A stretch of DNA of 64,000 bases from an uncultured Acidobacteriaceae bacterium (GCA_963838245.1 CAWIQM010000003.1:303055-367054), one strand, 5' to 3'. Positions 51,262 through 62,952 are shown, counted from the stretch's first letter. The notes: generated by a model from the sequence alone, not told the origin. Translations and numbers: made by a program.

Positions 51262-51296
51262 ATCACTAACTCCTGTACAAAACTGATGCGGTCAAA

Positions 51297-52334
51297 TTAC
51301 CCTTCGTCGGGGTAAGACTCGAGCGAGCTATAGTCGGTTGACGAAATCGAGGGCGGGGGTCCGCCAACCAGCCGGCCTTGTGAATCGAACTTCATGCCAA
51401 AAGAAAGGCCAAGACCGCTGAGGATTTCTTTGATCTCGTTGAGCGACTTGCGACCAAAATTCTTGGTACGGAGCATTTCCGATTCCGTCTTCTGAACCAG
51501 GTCGCCGATGGTTTGAATGTTGGCGTTCTTGAGGCAGTTGTACGAACGGACGCTGAGTTCGAGCTCTTCAACCGAACGATTCAGCACCTCGGTCATCTGG
51601 TTGAGAGCGCGCTCGGCCGGCTCTTCCTGAACCTCGGGCGTCTCTTCAAAGTTGATGAAGATGGTCATGTGGTCTTTGAGGAGCTTGGCGGCCTGGCCGA
51701 TGGCATCCTGTGGCGAGATGGCGCCGTTGGTCCAAACCTCGATGGTGAGCTTATCGTAATCCGTGTTCTGACCGAGACGCGCGGCCTCGACGGTGTAGTT
51801 GACCTTGCGCACGGGCGAATGGACCGAGTCAATCGGGATGTAGCCGATGGGCAGGTCTTCGTCGTAATTGCGATCCGCCGAGACGTAGCCGCGGCCGGAC
51901 TTAATGCGCATTTCGATGTTGAGTTTACCGCCTTCGCCAACCGTCGCGATGTGCAGGTTCCGGTCGAGCACCTCGACGTCGGCATCGGTTTCGATCTGGC
52001 CGCTCATCACCTCACCGGGCGCATCCACTTTGAGGCGGGCGATGCGAGTGCCTTCGCCAGCCATCTTGAAGGGGACCTGCTTCAGGTTGAGGATGATATC
52101 GGTGGCGTCTTCAACCACGCCAGGGATGGGGCTAAATTCGTGAGCAACTCCCTCAATGCGCACGCCGGTGATGGCCGCGCCTTCGATAGAGCTCAGCAGC
52201 ACACGGCGAAGGCCGGTGCCGATGGTGGATCCGAATCCACGCTCGAACGGCTGGGCATTGAACTGGCCAAAGCGTTCCGTGAGCGTTTCGGTATTGGCAA
52301 CTAAACGCTTGGGCTTCTGGAATCCTTTAAACAT
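51297..52334 (-). CDS. rpoA: DNA-directed RNA polymerase subunit alpha
   Basis: 345 aa; conserved alpha-NTD/CTD. Confidence 0.9.
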   Translation of the reverse strand: MFKGFQKPKRLVANTETLTERFGQFNAQPFERGFGSTIGTGLRRVLLSSIEGAAITGVRIEGVAHEFSPIPGVVEDATDIILNLKQVPFKMAGEGTRIARLKVDAPGEVMSGQIETDADVEVLDRNLHIATVGEGGKLNIEMRIKSGRGYVSADRNYDEDLPIGYIPIDSVHSPVRKVNYTVEAARLGQNTDYDKLTIEVWTNGAISPQDAIGQAAKLLKDHMTIFINFEETPEVQEEPAERALNQMTEVLNRSVEELELSVRSYNCLKNANIQTIGDLVQKTESEMLRTKNFGRKSLNEIKEILSGLGLSFGMKFDSQGRLVGGPPPSISSTDYSSLESYPDEG

Positions 52335-52448
52335 ATTATTTTCCTTTTGAACGTTTCACCTGACGGCATCCTGAGGCGCCCGGCAAAGCATGACCCTTTC
52401 CCTATCGAACTAACATCCTCCCCAAAACGCTGCTTCTGGAAACGCGCG

Positions 52449-53081
52449 TTACTTGGAATAGAGTTCGACAATGAGCTGTTCGTTGAGCTGTATCTGCACC
52501 AGTTCTTCGCGCTTTGGCGCCTGGAGGACACGGCCTTTGAGAGCCTCTTTATCAACCTCGAGCCATGCGGGGCTTGGCGTGTGAGCCGTGGCATCCCGGG
52601 CGGCGAGAATCGACGAGTTTTCTTTACTCTTGGCGCGAACTTCGATGGTGTCACCGGTCTTTACGGTGAAGGATGGAATGTTGACCTTGCGGCCATTCAC
52701 TGTGACGTGACCATGCCGGACAATTTGACGGCCCTGAGCGCGGCTGGTAGCGATGCCCATGCGATAGACGACATTATCTAAACGGCGTTCCAACATGGAG
52801 AGCAGGTTATCGCCGGTGATGCCCTTTTGGTTGGCGGCCTTCTCAAACAGATTGCGGAACTGGCCTTCGAGAACCTGGAAATAGCGGCGGGCCTTTTGCT
52901 TCTCGCGAAGCTGGAGGCCATAACCAACCACTTTGGCCTTCTTGTCCTTGCCATGCTGGCCAGGAGCGAAGTTGCGCTTTTCGATGGCGCACTTTTCGGT
53001 GTGGCAGCGTTCGCCCTTCAGAAATAACTTCATGCCCTCGCGACGGCAAAGCCGGCACACGGGGCCAATATAACGAGCCAA
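52449..53081 (-). CDS. rpsD: 30S ribosomal protein S4
   Basis: 210 aa, [16 protein letters not shown]…. Confidence 0.9.
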   Translation of the reverse strand: MARYIGPVCRLCRREGMKLFLKGERCHTEKCAIEKRNFAPGQHGKDKKAKVVGYGLQLREKQKARRYFQVLEGQFRNLFEKAANQKGITGDNLLSMLERRLDNVVYRMGIATSRAQGRQIVRHGHVTVNGRKVNIPSFTVKTGDTIEVRAKSKENSSILAARDATAHTPSPAWLEVDKEALKGRVLQAPKREELVQIQLNEQLIVELYSK

Positions 53082-53243
53082 ATTGTACCTCCCTCAAGTA
53101 CGTTCACGCCGGAGCAAAGCCCCGATGCGCGATGGTTGGTGCGGTTTACGGTCAGGCTCTGACCTTCGTCCCGCTTTCCGCGATTTGCGATTTCGCAAAC
53201 CGCAGCCTGCACCGGTTTCGGAGCAGACGAAAAACTCACTGCG

Positions 53244-53651
53244 TCAGACGCGGCGCTTTTTGGGCGGCCGGCAGCCGTTGTGCGGAATCGGCGTGACGTC
53301 TTTAATGGCCTTTACTTCGATACCAGCCGTGGACAACGCCCGGACAGCCGACTCGCGGCCGCTTCCCGGGCCACTCACGCGGACCTCAACGGACCGAAGT
53401 CCGGATTCCTTCGATTTTGTGGCGGCCGTCAGCGAAGCCTGCTGGGCTGCAAACGGAGTTCCTTTACGAGAGCCGCGAAAACCCAACGAGCCGGAACTGG
53501 ACCAGGCGAGCACGTTGCCGATCGGATCGGTGAACGTGACGATGGTGTTGTTGAACGAGGCCTGGATGTGAACGATTCCATAAGGAACGCTCTTCTTTTC
53601 CTTCTTCTTGAAGGTCTTCTTCTTGGTTGCTTTTGCGGGTGCTTTCGCCAT
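53244..53651 (-). CDS. rpsK: 30S ribosomal protein S11
   Basis: 135 aa. Confidence 0.9.
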   Translation of the reverse strand: MAKAPAKATKKKTFKKKEKKSVPYGIVHIQASFNNTIVTFTDPIGNVLAWSSSGSLGFRGSRKGTPFAAQQASLTAATKSKESGLRSVEVRVSGPGSGRESAVRALSTAGIEVKAIKDVTPIPHNGCRPPKKRRV

Positions 53652-53674
53652 CTACGTCCTCACGTTCGACCTGA

Positions 53675-54061
53675 CTAGGTCTTGGATGTCGCCTTCTTCT
53701 TATTGGTAACCGTTCCGCGGCGCGGGCCCTTGCGGGTGCGGGCGTTGGTATGGGTGCGCTGGCCGCGCGTCGGCAGGCCGCGGCGATGACGGAGCCCACG
53801 GTAAGAGCCCATTTCCATGAGCCGCTTGACGTTCATCGAGACTTCCTTGCGGAGGTCGCCTTCGACGGCGCCTTCACTCTCAATGAGCGTACGGAGGTGG
53901 TTCACTTCTTCCTCGGTGAGGTCGGCGACTTTTTTGTCCGCGTCGACGCCGGCCCGGTGGAGTAACGACAGGGACCGTGTCCGGCCAATGCCATATATGT
54001 AGGTCAGCCCGATAGCTGCCCGCTTTTTCGCTGGTAGATCTACGCCTGCAATACGCGCCAT
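53675..54061 (-). CDS. rpsM: 30S ribosomal protein S13
   Basis: ORF 53675..54157; real start [10 protein letters not shown] at 54061. Confidence 0.85.
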   Translation of the reverse strand: MARIAGVDLPAKKRAAIGLTYIYGIGRTRSLSLLHRAGVDADKKVADLTEEEVNHLRTLIESEGAVEGDLRKEVSMNVKRLMEMGSYRGLRHRRGLPTRGQRTHTNARTRKGPRRGTVTNKKKATSKT

Positions 54062-54081
54062 AACAATATCCCTCTTAGCCC

Positions 54082-54195
54082 TTAGCCTTGCCGCTGCTTG
54101 TGCTTTGGGTTGGTGCAAATCACCCGCACGACACCGTGACGGTTGATCACCTTGCACTTATCACACAGTTTCTTTACCGATGCCCGCACCTTCAT
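54082..54195 (-). CDS. rpmJ: 50S ribosomal protein L36 (zinc-binding form)
   Basis: Manual translation [37 protein letters not shown]; too short for the ORF table. Confidence 0.85.
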   Translation of the reverse strand: MKVRASVKKLCDKCKVINRHGVVRVICTNPKHKQRQG

Positions 54196-54255
54196 GGCAA
54201 TAATCCTCGTCCTGAACTCAAACTCTTCGCCGGTCAAACACTGCGGCCGGAACCG

Positions 54256-54483
54256 TCAAACTTTCGCCAACAACTCCAAGACTCTTCCGCGCGTCCGGTC
54301 CGTCACCGACAGCGCCACGCGCACCCGGTCTCCGACCCGCAACCGCACAAAATTGGCCCGCTGGGAGCTAGGCAGGTGAGCCACCAGTTCGTGCTCTCCC
54401 TCCAACCTGATCCGCACCAGCGCACTCGGAAGCAACTCGACCACGATCGCTTCGGCAACTCTCTCAGCGCTCGCGTCCGGCAT
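54256..54483 (-). CDS. infA: translation initiation factor IF-1
   Basis: 75 aa S1-like fold, position between map and rpmJ. Confidence 0.75.
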   Translation of the reverse strand: MPDASAERVAEAIVVELLPSALVRIRLEGEHELVAHLPSSQRANFVRLRVGDRVRVALSVTDRTRGRVLELLAKV

Positions 54484-54489
54484 GCTTCT

Positions 54490-55260
54490 TCAGGGCCTGG
54501 ACAGAACCCAGGGACCGTTATCCGTCACGGCAACCATATGTTCAAAGTGCGCCGAAAACGATCCGTCTTTCGCCACAGCAGTCCAGTGATCGGAGAGCAC
54601 CTTGGTGTCGGGTTTCCCGGCGTTCACCATCGGCTCAATCGCGAGCACCATCCCCGGTTTCAAGCGGGGGTTCTCACTGTTGCGGTCCACATAGTTCGGA
54701 ATCTGGGGCTCCTCGTGAAGCGAGGTCCCGATTCCATGACCAACAAACTCGCGAACTATCGAGAAGCCGTTGGAAACGACATGCTTTTCGACCGTACCGC
54801 AGATATCAAACAACCTGTTCCCGGCTCGAACCTGATCGATGGCCAGTTCCAAACTTTCTTCGGTGACCTTCAGTAACCGCTTCACCGAGTCGCTCACTTC
54901 GCCCACCGCAACCGTCACCGCCGAGTCGCCAAAATAACCGTCGACCTGGACGCCGGTATCAATCGAGACGATATCGCCGGATTTCAGCTTCCGCCGGGCC
55001 GAAGGCATCCCGTGCACAACTTCTTCGTTCACCGAGGTACAAAGCACGAAAGGGTATTTGGTGCCCGCTGCCTGCGAATAGTAACCCTTGAAAGCCGGCT
55101 TCGCACCGGCATCCGCGATCATCTTCACGGCAGCTTCTTCCAGATCCTGAGTGGTGATTCCCTCGCTGACCATGCCCTTCAAATCCTGAAGGATCTGGTA
55201 CACGAGTAGACCGCTGCGCCGCAGCTTATCCAACTCGACCGGACTTCTCCGCACTATCAT
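54490..55260 (-). CDS. map: type I methionyl aminopeptidase
   Basis: ORF 54490..55317; likely start MIVRRSPVEL (55260); metal-binding motifs. Confidence 0.85.
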   Translation of the reverse strand: MIVRRSPVELDKLRRSGLLVYQILQDLKGMVSEGITTQDLEEAAVKMIADAGAKPAFKGYYSQAAGTKYPFVLCTSVNEEVVHGMPSARRKLKSGDIVSIDTGVQVDGYFGDSAVTVAVGEVSDSVKRLLKVTEESLELAIDQVRAGNRLFDICGTVEKHVVSNGFSIVREFVGHGIGTSLHEEPQIPNYVDRNSENPRLKPGMVLAIEPMVNAGKPDTKVLSDHWTAVAKDGSFSAHFEHMVAVTDNGPWVLSRP

Positions 55261-55262
55261 CC

Positions 55263-55940
55263 CTACCGTCCACTGGCTTTCAGCGAACCCATTCTGACGG
55301 AATCCAGGAAACAACAAATGTCTCCGGAGATCGAGGCAGGATCCGCACTTCCACCAGCAATTTCAAAGATCCGCACACCAGCCCTCCCGAAAAACTCGAG
55401 AAGCGGGCGCGTCTGCAACTCGTACTGCTGGAGCCGCTCACGAATCACGTCTTCGCGGTCATCGTCACGGGTCACCAGCTCGGCTCCATCCTGGTCGCAT
55501 ATACCAGCTACCTTGGGAGGATTCGCCGAAACGCTGTAGAGGGTTCCACAAACGGGGCACTGCCGACGGCCACTCAGGCGGGCTACGATCTTTTCGTAGT
55601 CAACCACCAAGTGTACCACGACCGGCGCCATTCCGCGTAACCGCAGCATTTCCAACAGAACACCAGCCTGGGCCAGCGTCCTGGGGTAACCATCCAAAAT
55701 GACTCCATCCCGGCAATCCGGGTCCTGAAGCCGTACCTCGACCAACCGGTTGACCAGTTCGTCGGGCACCAGCTTGCCCGATTTCATCAGCTGCCGGACT
55801 TCCTGTCCAATCTCGTCACCCGCCTCAATATGGTGGCGAAGCATGTCGCCGGTGGACACATGAGGGCCTGCTGCGCAGCCCTGACGAATCAGTTTCGCCT
55901 GGGTTCCCTTACCCGAACCCGGGGAACCAAACAGGATCAC
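55263..55940 (-). CDS. adk: adenylate kinase (start uncertain; ORF runs to 56033)
   Basis: ILFGSPGSGKGTQA P-loop, CPVCG zinc lid. Confidence 0.8.
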   Translation of the reverse strand: MILFGSPGSGKGTQAKLIRQGCAAGPHVSTGDMLRHHIEAGDEIGQEVRQLMKSGKLVPDELVNRLVEVRLQDPDCRDGVILDGYPRTLAQAGVLLEMLRLRGMAPVVVHLVVDYEKIVARLSGRRQCPVCGTLYSVSANPPKVAGICDQDGAELVTRDDDREDVIRERLQQYELQTRPLLEFFGRAGVRIFEIAGGSADPASISGDICCFLDSVRMGSLKASGR

Positions 55941-56029
55941 AGCCGGTATAGTGTTCCTGCTTCCGGGGTTCGCCCCGCCGGGATCCGACCAAACAGCTTC
56001 ACGAGAGTCCAATGAAAAGGCCAAACGGC

Positions 56030-57434
56030 TCAAACACTGCTGCTGCGGCGGCCACGAATACGGCCAGCGCGCGGCGTGAAGCCCTCATAATGGCGCATAA
56101 TCAACTGCGCCTCGATCTGGTTGACGGTGTCCATCGCCACGCCGACGACAATCAGCAGTGAGGTGCCACCGAAGAAAAAGTTCACACCAAGTCCGTCCAG
56201 GAGAAAGCGCGGGAAATGCGCGTCGATGAAATTACCGACAAGCGGCAGGCGCTGGAGCTTGATGCCCGAAATCATGATCTGCGGAATGATGGACAGAATC
56301 GACAGGTAGAGACCACCAACTACGGTGATCTTGGAGAGAATCTTGTCCATGTACTCGGCTGTGTTCTTACCAGGCCGGATGCCGGGAATAAACCCCCCGT
56401 ACTTACGCATGTTGTCTGCCGCTTCGTTCGGGTTGAAGATGATGGACACGTAGAAGAAGCAGAAGAAGACAATCAGCGCGATGAACATCACATAGTAGAG
56501 CGGTTGCGCGCCACTGACCGCGTTCAACATACCGCTCAGCCAGGGGCTGTTCTTGACGATGGGGAACTGCAGTGCGGTCTGCGGGAGGGCGAGCAGCGAC
56601 GAGGCAAAAATGACCGGGATGACGCCACCCGCGTTTACCTTGAGCGGCAGGTGCGTGGACTGGCCGCCCATCATGCGGCGTCCCACAATTCGCTTGGCGT
56701 ACTGGACAGGAATTCGGCGCTCACCGCGCTCGACCAGCACGATGAAGGCGACAACAGCGATCATGATCGCGAGGATGATAATCAGCTGTATGGCCGGCCA
56801 ATCGCGGGTAACGAATACCCGGTTGTAGATATCGACGATGGCGTGGGGCAGTCCCACAATGATCCCAACAAAAATGATCAGCGACATACCGTTGCCAATG
56901 CCGCGATCACTGATCTGTTCACCCAGCCACATGATGAATGCCGTGCCAGTGGTGAAGGTTAATATCAGTCATGAAGATGAATCCCGGCCCCGGATGCATG
57001 ACGAAGTTTCCGTCGGAGCTCTGTAAAGCAGTGGCGATGCCGACGGATTGGATCATGGCCAAGCCGACTGTTAGGTAGCGCGTCCATTGCGTGATCTTTC
57101 GCCGGCCGAGTTCGCCCTCCTTTTGCAGCTTGTCCAGGGTAGGGATGACCACAGTGAGCAACTGAAGGATGATCGACGCGGTGATATAGGGTGTAATGCC
57201 GAGCGCGAAGATGGTCATCCGGCGCAGCATGCCCCCGCTAAACAGATCGAAGTAGCTAAGAAAGCCACCCGCGTTGCGGTTGAAGAACTCTTCAAACTTG
57301 TGGTAATCGATACCCGGAGTGGGTATGTACGCACCGATCCGGTACACCGCCAGCAGGCCAAGCGTGAAGAGCAATCTCTTGCGGAGATCCGGGATCTTGA
57401 ACACGTTGGCGAGAGCTTCAAAAAACTTTGTCAT
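56030..57434 (-). CDS. secY: preprotein translocase subunit SecY, split by an apparent frameshift at ~56925
   Basis: ORF 56919..57434 has the N-terminal 171 aa; ORF 56030..56932 continues with MWLGEQISDRGIGNGMSLIIF…. Frames differ by one nt within gatattaacc; the protein is continuous if one nt is removed. Confidence 0.85.
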
Positions 57435-57478
57435 GGACGTCGATAGCCGCCTGAATCAGTTCTGAGTCGAATACCAGC

Positions 57479-57946
57479 TTATGCTGCTGGAGTCGGAGCC
57501 GGCGGGGGCGCGATTACTTCGGCCGCGCCGCCGGCCTTCTGAATTTTGTCGAGTGCCGTCTTTGAGAACACGTGCGCGTGGACCGTGATCTTGCGGGTGA
57601 GTTCACCGTTGGCTAGAATCTTGAGTCCGGCGTTGAGCTTCTTAATGACGCCCGCCGCGAGAAGCGACTGGGGAGTGAAGGAATCTCCTTCCAGTTTCTC
57701 GAGCTGGCCGACATTCACGATGGTGTATTCCTTGCGGAAGATATTGGTAAATCCACGCTTCGGCAAACGCCGATGCAACGGCATCTGGCCGCCCTCAAAG
57801 CCGCGCATTTTGCTGTAGCCAGAGATGGACTTGGCGCCCTTGGCGCCACGGCCGGAATACTTGCCGCGGCCGGAACCCATGCCCTGCCCGATGCGCTGTT
57901 TCTTTTGCTTTTGTCCCTTTGGGGGGCGCAGATTACTTAAATTCAT
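57479..57946 (-). CDS. rplO: 50S ribosomal protein L15
   Basis: 155 aa. Confidence 0.9.
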   Translation of the reverse strand: MNLSNLRPPKGQKQKKQRIGQGMGSGRGKYSGRGAKGAKSISGYSKMRGFEGGQMPLHRRLPKRGFTNIFRKEYTIVNVGQLEKLEGDSFTPQSLLAAGVIKKLNAGLKILANGELTRKITVHAHVFSKTALDKIQKAGGAAEVIAPPPAPTPAA

Positions 57947-58005
57947 GATCGAACCGCCTTCACTAATCCAGCTTTACTATGTGGCTCGCAACGAGGGCGA
58001 ACCAG

Positions 58006-58191
58006 CTAATCCTTAACGATTTCGAGCAGGTGTGGAACCTTTGCCACCATGCCGCGGAAACCTGGGGTGTCGGGGCGCACAACAGTCCTGTTGAGCGTAT
58101 GGAGACCCAGGCTCTTGACGATATTCTTGTGCTTTTGCGGGGTGCAGATAACGCTTCGCACCAGCTTGATTTTGATAGTACCTTCCGCCAT
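58006..58191 (-). CDS. rpmD: 50S ribosomal protein L30
   Basis: Within ORF 58006..58290; start MAEGTIKIKLVRSVICTP (58191). Confidence 0.8.
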   Translation of the reverse strand: MAEGTIKIKLVRSVICTPQKHKNIVKSLGLHTLNRTVVRPDTPGFRGMVAKVPHLLEIVKD

Positions 58192-58219
58192 AACTGCCTC
58201 AGTTCCTCGTAACAACAAC

Positions 58220-58735
58220 CTAGAGCTTCTCAAAGGGCAACCCGCGCATGTCGGCAATGGTCGCCTTGTCGCAGAGTTGCTCGAGTGCATTGATGGTGGC
58301 CTTCACGACGTTATGCGCGTTGTGAGAACCAATGGACTTGGTGAGCACGTTCGGAATGCCGACGGCTTGAATGACGGCGCGCACCGGACCACCGGCGATG
58401 ACGCCGGTACCAGCAGGCGCGGGCTTGAGTAACACCAAGCCGCTACCGAACTTGCCGAGAACCGGATGGAGAATCGTGGTCTCGAGCACGTTCACCTTGC
58501 GCAGGTTCTTCTTGGCCGCCTCAATGCCTTTCTTGATGGCGGAAGGGACTTCCTTCGCCTTTCCCGTGCCGTAACCGACAATCTTTGCGCTGGGGTCGCC
58601 GACGACCACGAGCGCCGAAAAGCTCATATTCTTACCGCCCTTGACGACCTTTGTCACGCGGTTGATACTAACCACCTGTTCCTTGAGGTTCAGGGTTTGT
58701 GCGTCAATACGCTTGGCTGTTCCGTTGGATGCCAT
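58220..58735 (-). CDS. rpsE: 30S ribosomal protein S5
   Basis: 171 aa. Confidence 0.9.
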   Translation of the reverse strand: MASNGTAKRIDAQTLNLKEQVVSINRVTKVVKGGKNMSFSALVVVGDPSAKIVGYGTGKAKEVPSAIKKGIEAAKKNLRKVNVLETTILHPVLGKFGSGLVLLKPAPAGTGVIAGGPVRAVIQAVGIPNVLTKSIGSHNAHNVVKATINALEQLCDKATIADMRGLPFEKL

Positions 58736-58740
58736 TCTGT

Positions 58741-59097
58741 TTAGAACTCCAGTCCCGCTTCGCGGGCAGCGTCGGCAAGGGCCTTAACGCGGCCATGGTA
58801 CAGATAACCGCCACGATCGAAAACAACCTTCGTGACGCCTTTTTCTTTGGCGCGCTCAGCGACGGCTTTGCCGATCAGCTTTGCGCCTTCCACGTTGCCG
58901 CCCTTACCCCGCAACGTTTTCTCAGTGGACGCGGCAGAAGCCACGGTATGGCCTTGCGCATCGTCGATAACCTGAGCATAGATGTGATTGACGCTGCGGA
59001 ACACGGCCAGGCGCGGACGCTCCTCGGTGCCGGCCACGCGGCGGCGAATCCGCTTGTGAATACGCGTGCGAATTTGTGCTCTTGAATCGCGTGCCAT
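58741..59097 (-). CDS. rplR: 50S ribosomal protein L18
   Basis: 118 aa. Confidence 0.9.
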   Translation of the reverse strand: MARDSRAQIRTRIHKRIRRRVAGTEERPRLAVFRSVNHIYAQVIDDAQGHTVASAASTEKTLRGKGGNVEGAKLIGKAVAERAKEKGVTKVVFDRGGYLYHGRVKALADAAREAGLEF

Positions 59098-59636
59098 TAC
59101 TTAGCTCCCGCTCCGGTCTTTCCGGCCTTTTTACGGAGTACTTCTCCGGTGTAGCGCACACCCTTGTTCTTATACGGATCAGGCGGACGCAGCGCGCGGA
59201 TCTGCGAGGCGACGTGACCCAGCAACGCTTTGTCGTGGCCCGTTATCGTAACGTGGGTAAGCTTGGCGTCGACCTTCAGGTCAATGCCCTTCGGCAACAA
59301 ATACTCAATCGGGTGCGAGTAGCCCAGGATAAAGGTGGCCACGTTCCCTTTGACGTCGGCCTTGAAGCCGGTGCCGATGATATCGAGTTCGCGCACGAAC
59401 CCGGTTGAGACGCCCTCAATGGCGTTAGCGGCGAGGGCACGGGTGAGACCGTGCAGCGCGGCGAGCTTATCGGAATCGCGATGGATTTCGAGTGTCGCGT
59501 CTTTTTGCTCTAGCGTGAGGCCGGCCGGGATCGGAACAGACAGTTTACCCTTCGGTCCCTCGACTTCGAGCGTATCGCCCAGCTTGAGTTTGACGCCCTT
59601 CGGCAGTGGAATCGGTTTTTTTCCTACGCGTGACAT
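59097..59636 (-). CDS. rplF: 50S ribosomal protein L6
   Basis: 179 aa. Confidence 0.9.
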   Translation of the reverse strand: MSRVGKKPIPLPKGVKLKLGDTLEVEGPKGKLSVPIPAGLTLEQKDATLEIHRDSDKLAALHGLTRALAANAIEGVSTGFVRELDIIGTGFKADVKGNVATFILGYSHPIEYLLPKGIDLKVDAKLTHVTITGHDKALLGHVASQIRALRPPDPYKNKGVRYTGEVLRKKAGKTGAGAK

Positions 59637-59648
59637 AACTAATTCCTA

Positions 59649-60044
59649 TTAATAGACCTGGCAGAGAACTTCGCCGCCAACGCCTTCTTTGCGAGCCATG
59701 GAACCGGTCATCACACCCTTCGGCGTCGTGAGGATGTTGATACCGAGACCACCCAGAATACGTGGGATTTCCTTGCTGCCAATGTACGCTCGGCATCCCG
59801 GGCGCGAAATGCGCTCAATGCGGGAGATGACCGGCGTATTGGCGGGCGTGTATTTGAGATAGATGCGGATGGAGCGCTTAGCGCCATCTTCCGTCATCTT
59901 GTAGTTGAGAATGTACCCTTCTTCTTTCAGAATCCGGGCGATTTCCATCTTCAGCCGCGAGGCTGGTACGTCGACCTTTGCGTGACGGGAAGAGAGTGCG
60001 TTTCGCACTCGCGTCAGCATGTCGGCAATGGGGTCTGCTGTCAT
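59649..60044 (-). CDS. rpsH: 30S ribosomal protein S8
   Basis: 131 aa. Confidence 0.9.
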   Translation of the reverse strand: MTADPIADMLTRVRNALSSRHAKVDVPASRLKMEIARILKEEGYILNYKMTEDGAKRSIRIYLKYTPANTPVISRIERISRPGCRAYIGSKEIPRILGGLGINILTTPKGVMTGSMARKEGVGGEVLCQVY

Positions 60045-60106
60045 TGTTTCTTACTCAGCACCTTTCATTGTTCTTTCTTGATTCAATCGGCTTAAGCCAG
60101 CTCTAC

Positions 60107-60292
60107 TTACCAACTAGCCTTGGTGACGCCCGGGATTTCGCCCGCCAGCGCCAGCTTCCGGAAGCAGATCCGGCACAAGGAAAACTTGCCGAGAAAGCCG
60201 CGCGGACGGCCGCAGGACTTACAACGGTTTCGCAGCCGCACCTTGAATTTCGGCTTCTTCAGTTCTTTCGCGATTTTTGCAGTGGTTGCCAT
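60107..60292 (-). CDS. rpsN: 30S ribosomal protein S14 type Z (zinc-binding)
   Basis: 61 aa with CxxC…CxxC. Confidence 0.9.
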   Translation of the reverse strand: MATTAKIAKELKKPKFKVRLRNRCKSCGRPRGFLGKFSLCRICFRKLALAGEIPGVTKASW

Positions 60293-60316
60293 CGATTTAC
60301 CTTGCTCGTTTCTGTG

Positions 60317-60866
60317 CTACTGGCGGAAGGGCATGCCCATAAGCCTCAGCAGCGCCAGGCCTTCGGCATCGGTCTTGGCGGTCGTGGTGATGCAGATATT
60401 CATGCCCTTCACCTTTTCCACCTTGTTGTAGTCGATCTCGGGGAAGATCAATTGATCTTTCAGGCCGAGCGTATAGTTGCCGCGCCCATCGAAGGACTTG
60501 GGGGAAACACCGCGGAAGTCGCGCACGCGGGGAAGCGCCACATTCATGAGGCGGTCGAGAAACTCCAACATGCGGTCACCGCGCAAGCGTCACCATGCAA
60601 CCGATAGCCATGCCTTCGCGGAGCTTGAACGCGGCAATTGATTTCTTGGCCTTGGTCACAACCGGCTTCTGGCCGGCAATGGTGGCGAGTTCACTCACCG
60701 CGCCGTCCATCAATTTACTGTTGCCGGTGGCTTCTCCGAGACCAATGTTGAGCGAGACTTTCTGAACCTTCGGCACGGCCATCGGATTCTTGTAGCCAAA
60801 CTCCTTCACCAGCGCCGGCACAACGGTCTTGGCATAGTGTTCGTGTAATCTTGCTTTCGTCGCCAT
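60317..60866 (-). CDS. rplE: 50S ribosomal protein L5, split by an apparent -1 frameshift at ~60580
   Basis: ORFs 60576..60866 (N-half, …GCMVTLAR*) and 60317..60586 (C-half, RGDRMLEF…) are consecutive parts of L5 in different frames. Junction gcgcggtgac would be in frame with one extra G. Confidence 0.85.
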
Positions 60867-60925
60867 CTCTCTAACTCTTTCCCTTGGCCGATTCCAAACG
60901 GCCTGCAGCTTCCTTTAATCCCTGG

Positions 60926-61300
60926 TTACTTCTTGTCAATCGTTTCGCCGGTCTTGCGGGCAATCCGAACCCGGCGGCCATCGGCGCCTATCTTGTAGCC
61001 GACTCTGGTGGGCGTTCCGGCTGTGGTCAGTAGCATGACGTTGGAGGAATCCACCGGCATTTCGCGGTCGGCGATGCCACCCTTGATCTGCTTGGCCGGG
61101 TTCGGGCGCGTGTGCCTTTTCACCACCATGGCGCCTTCAACGGTCACCTTCCCAGTAAGATGATTCACTTCCAGCACGCGACCAGTCTTCCCTTTGTCGC
61201 GACCAGCAATGACCCGCACCAGGTCATCCTTCTTGATCTTCAACTTGCGAGGCTTGAGTTCGCCCTTTTCCTGGCGGCGCTGATAAGCGGTCTTCGGCAT
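60926..61300 (-). CDS. rplX: 50S ribosomal protein L24
   Basis: 124 aa with KOW motif. Confidence 0.85.
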   Translation of the reverse strand: MPKTAYQRRQEKGELKPRKLKIKKDDLVRVIAGRDKGKTGRVLEVNHLTGKVTVEGAMVVKRHTRPNPAKQIKGGIADREMPVDSSNVMLLTTAGTPTRVGYKIGADGRRVRIARKTGETIDKK

Positions 61301-61668
61301 TAGAGCACCTCCGGGGCGAGCGACACAATCTTCATAAAACGCTTGTCACGAAGCTCGCGAGCAACGGGGCCAAATACGCGAGTGCCGACTGGCTCTCCAA
61401 CTTCGTTGATCAGGACCGCGGCATTGGAATCGAACCGGATATAGGTCCCATCCTTACGGCGCGTTTCCTTGCGCATGCGAACCACGACGCAGCGTACGAC
61501 CTTTCCCTTTTTGATGGTGGAATCGGGAGCTGCTTCCTTGACGCTCGCGGTGATGATGTCGCCGAGTCCCGCACGCAATCCGAGGTCGCCGCCGCGCGGC
61601 AAGATGCACTGCAATTTGCGTGCGCCGCTATTGTCGGCCACCTCCAGCATTGTTCGCATTCCGATCAT
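61300..61668 (-). CDS. rplN: 50S ribosomal protein L14
   Basis: 122 aa. Confidence 0.9.
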   Translation of the reverse strand: MIGMRTMLEVADNSGARKLQCILPRGGDLGLRAGLGDIITASVKEAAPDSTIKKGKVVRCVVVRMRKETRRKDGTYIRFDSNAAVLINEVGEPVGTRVFGPVARELRDKRFMKIVSLAPEVL

Positions 61669-61758
61669 GACGTTTCTCCTAAGCCTTACTTACTTGGCGC
61701 CCCTCGCCTCAGCGCGGCGGCCTTACCGTGCCGCACCCAAACGGGCGCTGGCGTTCAC

Positions 61759-62115
61759 TTACTTTTTGGATTTCTTCTTGAGTGTCTTCTTAACCCGTGT
61801 GTCGGCGCTGGCAGCCAAGGCAGGATGCTCGACATTCACCTGGACGGCGCGCCGCACAACCTCGCCCAATTCCCAACACTTCAACTTGCTGAGCGGACGG
61901 CATTCAATGATACGGACCACGTCGCCCGGCTTGGCACTCTGTTGCTCATCGTGGGCATAGAATTTCTTGCGCTTGGTCACGATCCGCTTGTAGACAGGGT
62001 GCGGCACGCGCCGTGTAACCTCTACCACGATGGTCTTGGCCATTTTCGTGGAAACCACCTCGCCAACCTTCTCGTTCTTGTGACCGATCTCTTTTTTGTT
62101 CTGCTCGTCCGCCAT
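61759..62115 (-). CDS. rpsQ: 30S ribosomal protein S17 (Lys-rich C-terminal extension)
   Basis: 118 aa. Confidence 0.85.
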   Translation of the reverse strand: MADEQNKKEIGHKNEKVGEVVSTKMAKTIVVEVTRRVPHPVYKRIVTKRKKFYAHDEQQSAKPGDVVRIIECRPLSKLKCWELGEVVRRAVQVNVEHPALAASADTRVKKTLKKKSKK

Positions 62116-62178
62116 GACTATAACTTCCGATCCTTTATGCCTTCGCCTAGCCCGCCGCTGATTAAATTCGCCGTCAAC

Positions 62179-62451
62179 TTACTTGGACTTCTTCGCTTTG
62201 GCAGCCTGTTTTTGGGTGGCTGCTGTCGCCTTGACTTCCACCACTTGGGCGGCGCTCGCGGCGTTCAATTCCTTTTCGCGCAGCACGGTCAGCATCCGTG
62301 CCCGGTCCTTCTTCAAGGTCCGGTACTTCTTCAATCCTTCAAACTGACCCATCCCCATCTGAAAACGGAAGCGGAACAACTGCTCCCGGGCATCCAGGGC
62401 TTGCTTGGCGATTTCGACCGTCTCGAGTTCGCTGATCTTCTGTGCTTTCAT
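62179..62451 (-). CDS. rpmC: 50S ribosomal protein L29 (extended C-terminus)
   Basis: 90 aa. Confidence 0.8.
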   Translation of the reverse strand: MKAQKISELETVEIAKQALDAREQLFRFRFQMGMGQFEGLKKYRTLKKDRARMLTVLREKELNAASAAQVVEVKATAATQKQAAKAKKSK

Positions 62452-62484
62452 CGCTCTTGTCTTTCTTCCATTCGCGTTGGCCGG

Positions 62485-62904
62485 CTATTCAACCGGGTGC
62501 GCGCGCACAACCAATTTGGTGGGCACCGACAACTTCATGGCCGCGAGGCGCATTGCCTCGGTCGCCACGTCGAGCGGTACGCCTTCCATTTCAAACAGCA
62601 CCTTGCCCGGCTTCACCACACAGACCCACGCTTCCGGAGCGCCCTTACCTTTACCCATACGAGTCTCAGGCGGCTTCTTGGTGATCGGCTTGTCGGGGAA
62701 AATACGAATCCAGACTTTGCCGCCACGCTTGATGAAGCGCGTCATCGCAATACGGGCTGCTTCAATCTGGCGGTTAGTGACCCAACCGCACTCCATGGCC
62801 TTCAATCCGAAGTCGCCGAACGACAACTGCGAACCGCGCCAGGCCTTGCCGGTCATGCGGCCGCGTTGCTGCTTGCGAAACTTCACCTTCTTCGGCATCA
62901 ACAT
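62485..62904 (-). CDS. rplP: 50S ribosomal protein L16
   Basis: 139 aa. Confidence 0.9.
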   Translation of the reverse strand: MLMPKKVKFRKQQRGRMTGKAWRGSQLSFGDFGLKAMECGWVTNRQIEAARIAMTRFIKRGGKVWIRIFPDKPITKKPPETRMGKGKGAPEAWVCVVKPGKVLFEMEGVPLDVATEAMRLAAMKLSVPTKLVVRAHPVE

Positions 62905-62952
62905 AGCGTTGTATCCTCTCGTCGAGTGGAAGCCTGAACCCAGAGGCCAGAC

